Shown one piece after another: positions 26,276-38,988 of a DNA stretch of 64,000 nt; the first letter of the stretch is position 1; every line of letters begins with the position of its first letter. This stretch comes from Octopus sinensis. Its lineage: Eukaryota. The translations under genes and the position numbers were made by a program. The stretch is from the NCBI RefSeq assembly GCF_006345805.1, contig NC_043018.1, positions 22,444,001 to 22,508,000 on the forward strand, written 5' to 3'. The notes below the pieces were generated by a model that saw nothing but the letters and a program-made list of their open reading frames with translations, had not been told where the DNA came from and did not search any database.

Positions 26276-26639
26276 TAAATAATAAGAGCCGAGTTAACAC
26301 AAGATTCTTAAATTTCGGAGATCATAAGATTGAGAGCAAGAAGTTAAAAGTTCCAATACTGGCCCAATACCTACACCCCAGATTCTTCAACTATTTTATA
26401 AGAAAGGGGTTAATGGCAGGATAGGGATTCAGCTTTAAAATAAATTGTATAACAAAAAATACATAAATAAATTACTGCTCCAACGATGTAATTTTAGTAT
26501 ATGTGTATGTATGTATGTATGTGTGTGTGTGTAAGCAATGCAAACAATGGAAAATAATTTAAACACTCATTTTCTGATGTCTAAGGATGGATATTTATGC
26601 GTATGAATCTTTTTCTTTTTATTTTCTTTGAAATATAAT

Positions 26640-26967
26640 TCTAGGGAACTGAAAAAGCTGTGTACGATGCCAATGAGCGGATGTTTACGTTACAAACGAA
26701 TCTGTAGGTCTGTTTACGTTAACTACGTCACAAAATAGCTGTTTACTTCACAGTAACAATATTTTGAGAGGCAGTAAATAATGAGGTCGAAGAAAGAATA
26801 TCATTGTTTAAATTCGAATTATTAAACAACGTTAAACTTAGAAATTACAATTCCGTTTTCATTTTGGTTTACAATTATGTTTTCTTTTGACACATTCTAC
26901 CAGTATAACGAAGTTTCAAATTGTTTAGTTAACTAAGAAAATCTGGCCTTCAAACTGAAAAGATCCA
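26640..26967 (-). mobile_element. Unclassified dispersed repeat with terminus GGATCTTTTC(A/G)GTTTGAA
   Basis: 26890-26967 is the reverse complement of 47690-47770. The left boundary is approximate. Confidence 0.5.
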
Positions 26968-26978
26968 TACATATATAT

Positions 26979-27023
<45 letters not shown>

Positions 27024-27450
27024 CATTTATATATATATATAATATTTACCCACACACACACATATATATATATATACGTACACTCACACATACACACACA
27101 CCCACATGCTCACACACACATACATAAAACATTCTTGTTTCGATTTTAGAAATACGTTTATTCATTATTCTCATTCGTCTTCAACTTTCTTCTCCCTTTC
27201 AGCGCTTTCTCCTCACTGGCTGATCTCTAACTTATATTTCGTTATAAATACCATAAATACCATTTTTTTAAACATCAGGAGTTAGTTACTCGATACGCCA
27301 CAGTCGCAAAACTCCGAGTAATAGCAAAGGCTAATGTTAGCACAGTGTTTGTGTGCAAGTGTGTGTGTGTGAAGGTGCGATACTCAGCGATTAAGGAATT
27401 CAGCTCACGGTCATATGCAAGACCCTTTATTTCGCATTGCTCCAGTCCAC

Positions 27451-27853
27451 TCTCTTTTACTCTTTTACTCTTTTACTTGTTTCAGTCATTTGACTGCGGC
27501 CATGCTGGAGCACCGCCTTTAGTCGAGCAAATCGACCCCGGGACTTATTCTTTGTAAGCCCAGTACTTATTCTATCGGTCTCTTTTGCCGAACCGCTAAG
27601 TGACGGTGACGTAAACACACCAGCATCGGTTGTCAAGCAATGCTAGGGGTACAAACACAGACACACAAACACATACACATACATATACATATATATACAT
27701 ATATACGATTGGCTTCTTTCAGTTTCCGTCTACCAAATCCACTCACAAAACATTGGTCGGCCCGGGGCTATAGCAGAAGACACTTACCCAAGATGCCACG
27801 CAGTGGGACTGAACCCGGAACCATGTGGCTGGTTAGCAAGCTACTTACCACAG
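27451..27853 (-). mobile_element. Near full-length CORE-type SINE
   Basis: Head, core, internal (CA)n, CTTAGCGGTTCGGCAAAAGAGACC block and (GAGTAAAA)n tail, all on the minus strand. Confidence 0.88.
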
Positions 27854-28458
27854 CAAAAAATGAATTGTACCAATAATTCAAAAGGCTCAGCGTTGTCTCA
27901 TTTTTTTCCCACTGAGAACTCCATGGAATACTTTGAGAATTTGGATTTAGGATCAACACCACTTATGCCAATCCTATGGCTTCGATATCTTGATGACACC
28001 TTTATACCTTGGCCCCATCAGGAGGATTTCCAAGTATTGCCAGATCAAGTGATCTCAATAAAGCCATCCGTACAGTTCACAATGGAAAAGGAAAAAAAAA
28101 AATCAGCTGGCATTCCTTGAATGTATTAATAACACGCACTGAGTATGGGTTCAGGACATCCGTAAAACGCAATCCAATCTTCACTGGACAATACCTCAGT
28201 TCCAGTTCCCACCATCCATTCAGTGTAAAGAGAGGAATTGCTCAGTGCCTAAAACATCGATCAAAGAATATTTAGTAGCGATCCTAATACGCACCGCACA
28301 GAAATGATCAAGCTAAGTAACAATCTATTAAGCAACAACGACCGCTTTGTTCAAAGTCTCCCTTGACCTCAAGTGGCCTGAACTCTTTACATGAACACCA
28401 CCCTGTACTTAACTCCATGTCCCCCTACATGGCCTTGCTATTTGCTTTTGAGCCAAAT

Positions 28459-28500
<42 letters not shown>

Positions 28501-28904
28501 CCCAAAAACATACTATCCACACCAATTAGGAAGAAATGAGGGGATGAAACCCACAAACTCACCACAGTCTGTCTACCCTATCGGAAAGGCCTCTCGGAAA
28601 AAAATACTAAAGATATGCGGTCCATATGACATCAGGGCAGTATTCAAAAGTAATACAACACTTCGCAAAAATCTCCAATAGAAGAGAATATGACCAAACA
28701 CTGGCTGTACTCCATCCCATGCGGTTGTGGTAGGTTATACGAAGGTGAAACATGCCGCCCCCTCAAAATAAGGGTAGAGGAATATCGTAAAGCTGTGACA
28801 CGAAAAATCAGGTATAGCTGATCATGTATGGAAAAACGGAGACCACCTCGCCCATGGGAGGAAGTTAAAATAATAGACAGAGAACACCATTGGAAAATAC
28901 GAAA

Positions 28905-29375
28905 ACTAGAGCTGACAGAAACGTTAGCACGCCAGGCGAAATGCGTAGCCGTATTTCGTCTGTCGCTACGTTCCGAGTTCAAATTCCGCCGAGATTGACT
29001 TTACCTTTTATCCTTTCGGGGTCGATAAATTAAGTACCTATTTCTTTATTACCCACAAGGGGCTAAACACAGATGGGACAAACAAGGACAGAAATAGGTA
29101 TTAAGTCGATTACATCGACCCCAGTGTGTAACTGGTACTTAATTTATCGACCCCGAAAGGATGAAAGGCAAAGTCGACCTCGGCGGAATTTGAACTCACA
29201 ACGTAACGCAGACGAAATACCGCTAAGCATTTCGCCCGGCGTGCTAACGTTTCTGCCAGCTCGCCGCCTTAATTAAGTACCAGTTACGCACTGGGGTCGA
29301 TGTAATCGACTTAAAACCTTTTGTCTGTCCTTGTTTGTCCCCTCTGTGTTTAGCCCCTTGTGGGCAATAAAGAAT
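28905..29375 (+). mobile_element. Deu/Nin-type SINE, split by a nested antisense copy
   Basis: Head at 28905-29038, remainder at 29271-29375. Confidence 0.85.
29040..29268 (-). mobile_element. Full Deu/Nin-type SINE nested in a same-family copy
   Basis: Flanked by the target duplication AATTAAGTACC (29028-29038 and 29271-29281). Confidence 0.9.
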
Positions 29376-30025
29376 GGAAAACTAAAGAGGCAGCAGATAT
29401 GCTAGGACACAATAACATCCAAAGGAGACCGAGTGCAGATATGAGTAGAATATGGGAACCGGTATAAACGAAAGATACAAAAATATTAGGTTTATAAGAC
29501 CTAAAATTCTGGGTTCAATCCCAAGCAGTGACTTGAATAAATAATAATAACCAAATGCTAGTCCCAATTAAAAATATCTTAAGAATGAGAACAAAATACC
29601 CCATTAGTCACATAATAGGTTTTGGTTCAAAATTCCACCAGAAAACCTGATGAAGGCTGGAGAGTACATCAGCCGAAATGTTGTGGTAACAACAAGCAAA
29701 GTGAGGACACAAATCTGTCCAATATAAATAATGTACAGAATTCTTCATCTCTAAAATATATCTGTATATCTATCTATATATATATAGTTATGTTCGTAGC
29801 CACTCAGCATGGCTGTTCTGTTCGAATGGACTTTACTGCGATTTTTTTATTCACAAGAGAACATCTCTTCTAGCTGGTTAACGATGCATGGCTGCATCCG
29901 AGATATTGCGAGCAGGGAAGCGAACCCCTACAACATTCTATCTATGGGAGCAGCAGACCAGCCTGGTTTCAGGCTATTTCTGCCTCCTTTCAGTACGGGA
30001 CGCTGTATATGTATGCATATATATA

Positions 30026-30099
<74 letters not shown>

Positions 30100-30791
30100 T
30101 GTATGTATGTATGTATGTATGTATTATGTATGTATAGGCGTAGGTGTGGCTGTGTGGTAAGAAGTTTGCTTTCCTGCTTCGTCGTTCCGGGTTCAGTCCC
30201 ACGGCGTGACACCTTGAGCAAGTGTCTTCTACTATAGTCCCATACTGACCAAAGCTTTGTGAATGGATTTGCTTGACAGGAATCGAAAGAAGGAAGACTC
30301 GATGGCAGCCAAGGATGTTGGCTTATCCTGTTTTCTTTTTGGCTTTTGGGGCACCTATCATCGACCATCGTTGTTCAGAGAGCGGCATTGGCCGTGCCCA
30401 AAGCCGCACCTCACTTTAAAGAAGCATCATGTACGAGCATCACCTGACGAACAGTCATCGACACCTTATACTCGAGAACGGGGAAACGACTGTTATATAT
30501 GAATATGTGAGTGTGTTTCTTTACCACGGCTTCACAACTGGCGTGGGTGTGTTTACGTTACCGTGACTTCGCGGTTCGACAAAAGGAACCAATAGAATAA
30601 GTATCAAGCTTTAAAAAAAATAAGCATTGATGTCGATCCGTTCCAGTAAAATTATTCAAGGCGGTGCCCCAGCATGGCCGCAGTTTAATGACAGGAATAA
30701 ATAAAAGCTAAGATGTATAAATATACACACATACACATATATATATACACAAGTTCATGTTTAGATGTGTGTGTGTGTGTATATATATATT

Positions 30792-31199
30792 CTCTCTTTT
30801 ACTCTTTTACTTGTTTCAGTCATTTGACTGTGGCCATGCTGGAGCACCGCATTTAGTCGAGCTAATCGACCCCGGGACTTATTCTTAGTAAGCCCAGTAC
30901 TTATTCCATCGGACTCTTTTGACGAACCGCTATGTTACGGGGACGTAAACACACAAGCATCGGTTGTCAAGCAACGCTAGGGGGACAAACATAGACACAC
31001 AAACACACACACACCATACACATATATACATATATACGACAGGCTTCTTTCAGTTTCCGTCTACCAAATCCACTCACAAGGCTTTGGTCGGCCCGAGACT
31101 ATAGTAGAAGACTCTGGCCCAAGATGCCACGCAGTGGGACTGAACCCAGAACCATGTGGTTGGTTAGCAAGCTACTTACCACACAGCCACTCCTGCGCC
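30792..31199 (-). mobile_element. Full CORE-type SINE
   Basis: Head AGGCGCAGGAGTGGCTGTGTGG through the tail. A plus-strand head follows at 31338-31455, forming an inverted pair. Confidence 0.88.
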
Positions 31200-31207
31200 T
31201 GTGTATG

Positions 31208-31292
<85 letters not shown>

Positions 31293-31456
31293 GTATGTAT
31301 ATATATATATATATATATCTATATATATATATCCACCCGCAGGCGTGGCTGTGTGGTTCTGTGTTCAGTCCCACTGCGTGGTACCTTGGGCAAGTGTCTT
31401 TTGTTATAGCTTCGGGCCAACCAAAGTCTTGTGAGTGGATTTGGTAGAAGCCCGTC

Positions 31457-31488
<32 letters not shown>

Positions 31489-31585
31489 ATGTATATATAC
31501 ACACACACAGGTTTATATTTGTGTGTGTGCGTACGTTTATATGTATAAGACACACAAACACGCATATATGTGAGTATGTATGCAC

Positions 31586-31622
<37 letters not shown>

Positions 31623-32094
31623 AACACACATACATACGTACACACACACACACACACACATACACACACACACACACACACATGTGCCACCGTCACCTCA
31701 ACATCTTCATTTGCGTCTATATACGTATATATCTCTCTATGCTTATACCTGTCCGTCTTTGTCACCATCTCTATGAATGTGTGACTGTATGTGTGTGTGT
31801 GTGTGTGTTCGTGTCTGTGTTTGTGTGAGTGCGTGCATTTGTGTATGTATGTATGTATGTATGTATGCGTGTAACATCCCACTATTTGACTTCACCTCTC
31901 CGTTTATTTTCGTCTCTCTTCCACATCTTCTTCCACGGATTTCTCTCTTCGCCCGTTCTATATTTGTCTATAAAAAATGTGAGAGCTTTTACAAAACAAT
32001 CGCTAAAAATATACGCCAGTATCTCTAAGGTTGCTAACATACATTCGACATCTGCATCAAACCGAAATACCAGCGCACTCATCTGCTGTTCCAA

Positions 32095-32932
32095 ACACAC
32101 ACACGCAAACATACATGGAAACCCACGCACACACACACGCACGCACACACACACACACACACGCACGCACACACACACACACCGCACGCACGCACACACA
32201 CACCACACACACGCACGCACAGACACGCACGCACACACACACACACAACACACACGCACACACACACACACACACACACATACCACACACACGCACACGC
32301 GCGCGCACATACGCACACACACACGCACACACGCACACGCCGCACGCACACACACACACACACGCACACACACACGCACGCACACACACATACGCACGCA
32401 CACACACACACGCACGCACACACACACGCACACACACGCACACACACACACACACACACATTCCCGTGCATGGACACAGAAAACCATTCCTATCAACTCA
32501 CACATCCACTTTCAAAAGGACAAACAAACACACGCCCAAACCGACATAAACCATCTTCACCCACGAGCACCCAGACGCACGCCCAGGCCCCTCGACCCAG
32601 TATTCACACATCTGTCCATGATGAGAATTAAAAAGAATTCCTTTTGATGTATTAATTACTCTGTTAATTAAGCAGTTCCTAAATGTATGCATATGCTTTA
32701 CTATTGAGTTTATACACACAGTGGTTTCTCCGTATTTATCTCATCTGTTGACCAATCAGTTTCTGTCACTCAATATGACCGCTTGCTTTCGTCCATTTCT
32801 ATGTCCGAGTATATGTGGCTTTCATTCTGTTCCTACATGCACACACGTTACTCGTGAGTTCAGAAACTCAGACACACAAGCACACATACACAAATATGCA
32901 CGTACACATACGTACTCATGCGCCCAGAAGCT

Positions 32933-32971
<39 letters not shown>

Positions 32972-33226
32972 ACACACATGCATGCACACATACACGTACT
33001 TATGCGCCAGGAAGCTCAAACACACATACGCACCCACACATGTTCATGCGCCCAGAAGCTCAAACACACATACACACACACACACATACACACACATGCA
33101 TACACACACACACGTACTTATGCGCCCGTAGGCTCAAACACACATGCACACACACACACACATATACGTGATTATGCACCCAGAACCTCAAACACACGCA
33201 TAAATACACATGCGCCCAGAAGCTCA

Positions 33227-33269
<43 letters not shown>

Positions 33270-33300
33270 TCATGCTACCAGAACCTCAAACACATATACA
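32095..33300. repeat. Compound (CA)n/(CACG)n microsatellite and a CA-based minisatellite
   Basis: (CA)n-rich 32095-32460; recurring CACGTACTTATGCGCCCAGAAGCTCAAACACAC units at 32900-33300. Confidence 0.85.
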
Positions 33301-33537
33301 CACCTTCACACACAACAACACTCCAATCTTTTCCATTCGCCCAAGAATAGAAGAAAAAAAAAACAGATCCTCAAAGATAATTAACTCACCTAATTATTAT
33401 CAGCCTAATTATTATCAGCCGACATATGCTTGTTTTTTATATATAAATATAACTTAGACTTGCTGTTTTCTTTCTACTCGTCTGTCTGTTCGTCTACGCT
33501 TCAATACCAGATTCTCCCCCCCCACCTCTCTCCTTTC

Positions 33538-33539
<2 letters not shown>

Positions 33540-33588
<49 letters not shown>

Positions 33589-33589
33589 A

Positions 33590-33635
<46 letters not shown>

Positions 33636-33673
33636 GTATCTATCTATCTCTCTATCTATATATCTATCTATCC

Positions 33674-33732
<59 letters not shown>

Positions 33733-33733
33733 A

Positions 33734-33772
<39 letters not shown>

Positions 33773-33773
33773 C

Positions 33774-33804
<31 letters not shown>

Positions 33805-33805
33805 G

Positions 33806-33842
<37 letters not shown>

Positions 33843-33846
33843 ACTG

Positions 33847-33890
<44 letters not shown>

Positions 33891-33908
33891 CTATCTATCT
33901 TCTATCTG

Positions 33909-33960
<52 letters not shown>
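33540..33960. repeat. (TATC)n microsatellite
   Basis: Direct reading. Confidence 0.97.
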
Positions 33961-33962
<2 letters not shown>

Positions 33963-34278
33963 CATCCGTCGGATCCCCTGTCTTTGTTGATCTTTATATC
34001 CGACCATATGCGGGATCGTCTTCTCGCCATCATAATATCCATACACACATACATACATGCATAGATACATACATACATACATGTGCACACGAGCACACAT
34101 ACACACACATACACATACATGCACACACGGACACAGACGCACACGGATACACACCTGTGCACACTCATACACACACAGACACGCATGCACACATACATGC
34201 ACATGCGCACGCGCACGCGCACGCACATACTCACAGGCGCACACACATACATATACACAAATAACCACACGCACAAAA

Positions 34279-34318
<40 letters not shown>

Positions 34319-34565
34319 TACTACCTTCAACAATTACCAACGATTTTAACAACCACCTGCCTATCCCAAAACACGACCGTAGAACCAATTCGAAACCATA
34401 TCCTCCACATTTACATCGTGACTCGACTACGTTCCTCACAGAAAATCGCTTTCCAATAAACAAAAGCATCCCAAAAGCATCAGTTTGAAGAATTGGCAGA
34501 TGAAACGGTCAGTCACTGGAATATGCTGAACTCCTTTCCTTTCTTTATCCTTTTATATATTTCAG

Positions 34566-34612
<47 letters not shown>

Positions 34613-34619
34613 ATATATA

Positions 34620-34810
34620 TATAGGGAGAGTTTACTAAAAAAAAGCAAAAGACGAAGACAGGCGGTGTACAAAACAAACAGATGTATTAGTATAACGCTC
34701 GGGAATAGAAAAAGTCTTTTACGTTTCGAGCCTATGCTCTTCTACAGAAAGGGACACAGAAAAAACAAGGAGAGAAAAAAATGTGGTAGTAGCTAACGAT
34801 CTATCATGGC
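34620..34810 (-). mobile_element. Short PLE-type terminal fragment in (TA)n with hammerhead-like motif at 34716-34751
   Basis: CUUU-CUGUAGAA-GAGC(AUAG)GCUC-GAA-ACGU-A-AAAG on the minus strand. The AAGACGAAGACAGG motif also occurs at 22410 and 23585. Confidence 0.5.
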
Positions 34811-34848
34811 GTCTGTATGTATATAATATATATATATATATATATAAA

Positions 34849-35296
34849 ATATTATTAGAGACAAAACCACTATTTTGCAAAACAAACAAGGAAATACTTA
34901 ATCAATACATAAAATTTTAATAAATAGTCAAAAAATTTTGAGTTCCTTGTAGTTTCATGCTTGTATATGAAACTCACATTCTGCTGTTCTCGTTATTATT
35001 TGCCTCATCAAAAGAGTATTTTCACCCAAAATATCAGATCCTTAAATGTTTTATCATTCCTTACGTTTTCTCACTTTCCAACTTCAATGCCATGGCTTTC
35101 AAAATTCTTATTCTACATATTCTGCAATTTATTTATTAAATTGACTATTTATTAAATTTATGTATTGATTAGTCTTTCCTTGTTTGTTTTGCAAATAGTG
35201 GTTTTGTCTCTAATAATATTTTATAATATTTTACTATAAAATTGGATTTAATCCTAAATCTGATTTTTCCCTGTAATTTGGATTTATTCCCTAATA
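34849..35296. mobile_element. Inverted pair of a PLE-type 3' tail (34849-34932 and 35141-35296)
   Basis: Arms are reverse complements; the same tail occurs at 54670-54835; both ends abut (TA)n. Confidence 0.7.
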
Positions 35297-35300
35297 TTTA

Positions 35301-35366
<66 letters not shown>

Positions 35367-35619
35367 TACAATATGTGCATATTTTTGTGTGCGTGTATAT
35401 ATATAATGTGTGTGTGTTTACACATACACTTCTACATGAGAATGTGCGTAGTCTTTTGCTAATATCACTTTGTTTATGCACTTATGTTCGAATCCCTGTC
35501 GTTCTACATCTTATGGATATCTGTAGATCCCAATATTTCGATATATAAATGGGTGAGCCCATACATGAACTAAAACATATAAACACAAACAAAGCAACTA
35601 CAAAAATATATTTCTTATA

Positions 35620-35845
35620 CTTTATTGCCCACAAGGGGCTAAACACAGAGAGAACAAACAAGGACAGACAAACGGATTAAGTGGATAACATCGACCCCAG
35701 TGCGTAACTGGTACTTATTTAATCGACCCCGAAAGGATGAAAGACAAAGACGACCTCGGCGGAATTTGAACTCAGAACGTAACGGCAGACGAAATACGGC
35801 TACGCCTTTCGCCCGTCGTGCTAACGTTTCTGCCAGCTCGCTGCC
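35620..35845 (-). mobile_element. Deu/Nin-type SINE
   Basis: Matches 29040-29268. Confidence 0.85.
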
Positions 35846-36211
35846 TTACTACAAAAATATATTTCAATACCGACAGAAACCTCGTTGCACCCTGTTACTC
35901 AGCGCTCGTACATGCATGCACGTGAACAAATACGCATCTCCATCTATACCAGATCATGTGCAAGCATCCACGCACGCGTATGCCCACTCCCACGCACGCG
36001 TATGCCCACTCAAGCATCCACGCACGCGTATTCCCACTCCCACAAATGTATACTGACTCACCTGCACTCAGAGTATCTCTGACACGGCCTCACGCCAGTA
36101 TTCTCATTTCTATACATAAATAGAAACAACCAGACCCCACCGGAGGCAAATTAATTACTGATAATTAGTAATTATAATATATATATACATATATATACAT
36201 ACATATATATA

Positions 36212-36257
<46 letters not shown>

Positions 36258-36910
36258 TATGTACGTATGTATATGTATATGTATGTACATTGTGTGTGTA
36301 TGTGTGTTTGCATGTATGTATGCTTACATAGATATACATCGATGGTATCCCATTTACTTCTAAAAGAAAAAGAAATACTGACTACTTTTTTCTTTTGTAT
36401 CTGTTTCTAGTTGTCTTGGAGATAATAGTTCTTGAAGCAAACAAACTTTGACGAAGCAAGCATAAGGAAGAAAAAACTTTTGATTTACAACGGGGACTCG
36501 TCTTGCAGAACTAAATTTGCTTGTTTTGTATGTTGCACGATATATCAAATATTATAACATTCCAAGTTTTGAAAAATGTAATAAACATTTTAGGAGAAAA
36601 ATTCGTACTAAACATCTTCATTCAAAATTAAAATAAAGATAAATACGATGTTTTTTTGTTTTTGTTTTCATAAGAGGCCAGTGGAAATAGATCCACGTAG
36701 GGAACAAAAACGTCCTCAGAAGCGACAAAGAAAGGGACCCTATAAGTTTAAGGATTATTTCTTGTATGATTAATGCAGTTAGGCTTAAGGGCTGAATATT
36801 TATAAATGTGTACTTTTGTCGGGTCGACAAAAGTCTACGAAGTGGGAAATATTATGAAGGAGAGAATAAGTAATTATGGTTTTGTTTGGTAAATTTACGA
36901 AGCGGTTTCG

Positions 36911-37351
36911 TGTAGCAATTATGTAATATGGATTAGTTTTCAGTGTACTCACCGTGTAATATAGTTAATCATGTCAAAGTGCCAGAGAATATTCCAGAAT
37001 TATATTACATGATAAATGACATGTTTCATATAGTTAGGTGATATATGGGAGGCGCGGCTTACCTAGCATCCAGAAAGCTGATTGTTTAAGAACCAAGTTC
37101 TAGAAGTTACGAAGTCACGCGACTGTTTAGAAGATTCTAGGTTATATAAGGAGGACTTAGTCTCCGTGTGCAGGCAAATACTAGGCAAAAGTCAGTCAGT
37201 GTGAAGCTAATTGACAAAGAACTATATTCCACGAGACGTGTGTTTGAAGACACCAAGCTGTGCACGACGGCTTCCCTGGGCAACTTGGCTTGCTAGCCTG
37301 GTCTGCGGTTTCCCTACTTCCGACTTTTGCTGTTGGAGTCGTGTTGGTACA
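36911..37351. mobile_element. Possible solo LTR truncating the tubulin pseudogene
   Basis: TGT...ACA ends and an internal TATATAAG at ~37143. Tubulin similarity stops at its edge. No target duplication found. Confidence 0.3.
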
Positions 37352-38988
37352 GAAGGGAGGCCACGTTTTACAACAACTTTAAACCCTGCTGGGCACCGAT
37401 CCACAAACTGGATGGACTTTGTTTCAGTTGCTACAATAGCAGCATTAGCATCTTTGGAGACCACATCACCTCAGCACAACAGACAAGCCATGTACTTCCC
37501 ACTACGACGAGGATCATATTTAACCATCTGATAACCGGTTTCGAAACAAGCGTTTATCGTTTTAGAAACGGTTAATTGCTCGTGGTCCGCTTTCTCAAAC
37601 GATATAGATGCAGACGTAATCAATGAATCCGTGAATAAGATACCAAACTGATTGGGAACTCGGTTAAATCAACATTAAACCTCAAAAAAGCAGTAATGGA
37701 ACTCATCTTTTGAGCAATTGCACGATTCAAGCTAATATAACTTGGGTGCTCAACATCTAAATGGCTTTAACAGATTTCATAAATTGCTTTATTGTCCCAT
37801 AAAAACGCAATCACAATGTTCTAGAGTGGTACAAGTTTTTAGAATGGAATTGTGCGGTTCTATTACAGATGCAGAAATTAGTGGTACCGGATAAACTGAA
37901 AATTCAAGCTTTGTCTTTTTACCGAAGTCAATTATCAGAGGTTCCATTAAAAAAAGAAAGATGCAGAACCAGTGTCGGCACCGAAACTGGAAAATCAAGA
38001 AGCCTTGAAAGTCAGACCATTGGTCAGTCAATTTATGAATGTGGCCACACACCAAATCAACGATTTCCTTCCCAATAATGTAGTGACCCCTGGTGATAGT
38101 TACTAGTTGCGTCTGCCTTGCCACTGATGAGTTGATCCTGGTGGATTAATTGTATTTGCCAATCTTCCTTGATCTGGAAAATAAGATATTGCGCAATAAT
38201 CAGAATATATTAAGCTGGTAATAACAATATAATAATCGAAAGATTGTTCTCATATCAAAAGAGCATAAAAATGTAGATAACTAAATGTTTTAGAGTATAA
38301 TTTGATTTATCAGTTGTTCGATCGAATAAAAATCCTAATTCCATAACCAAACTTTTCCAGTAGTTACACGCATGACATGCACTTAGTTCCTCGATATATT
38401 GCTAACAATAACTACCTTCAAATAACGGATATATTTACAACAGAATTTCATTAATCTACTCATATTTAACCAATGTCATAGTCAACACATTTTACTGCCG
38501 CGATCAGTTCTGTTGTAAAACAGTTTTCCAATATCTAAGAATATCAGTTCTGTTGTACAACACAAATTTTCCAATATCTAAGATTATCTATCGGCGTTTG
38601 AGGATACAGCAGTGAAAAAAGAACCTCTCCTTCATTTCGTCACAAGTCTCCTTGAACTATTTTGCCAACAGAAAGACAATACAGAAGATTTGATTAAGTA
38701 GAACATCGAATGCACAGATTGTCAATTCGTTCTTTTACTCTTGTAAAAGAGTTTCATAACTTTATACTTGCTGACAACCGTGGGTTCTAAGTCAATAAGT
38801 ATAGCAGTAAGTACACGTTTCCCAGAACCTAACTCTAGAAAGAGCGTACCAGAAGAACCAGGCTCTTCAAATGATATCTGGTTAATTTGACTGAATACCA
38901 TGTTCAAGGCAATATCGTCCCCCCCCCCCCCACAAGCGTTACTAGTTTGGATTCGATCTTGTCCTATGTGTACGCTAATATATTCTCT
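37345..38988 (-). pseudogene. TUBA: Unprocessed alpha-tubulin pseudogene (exons 38988-38772 and 38173-~37345)
   Basis: REYISVHIGQ..NA..YCLEHGIQ..DLEPTVV | ..[89 protein letters not shown]. Acceptors ttctccccAG and ttttccAG; donor GCAAGT. In-frame stops and frameshifts; GGGTGSG has become GADTGSA. Confidence 0.93.

Larger units (their letters stand above)
27870..29760 (+). mobile_element. Decayed Penelope/Poseidon-type PLE (RT C-terminal half, GIY-YIG endonuclease, 3' end), interrupted by SINEs
   Basis: WLRYLDDTF, QFTMEKE, TGQYL..SHHP..VKRGI; endonuclease LYSIPCGCGRLYEGETCRPLKIRVEEYRKAV...ADHVW at ~28700-28900; multiple frameshifts; (AACT)n insert at 28460-28500. Confidence 0.85.

Noticed and set aside
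30443-30495. Hammerhead starting CTGACGA
   Set aside because: No consistent stem II or stem III could be built with the downstream GAAAC.
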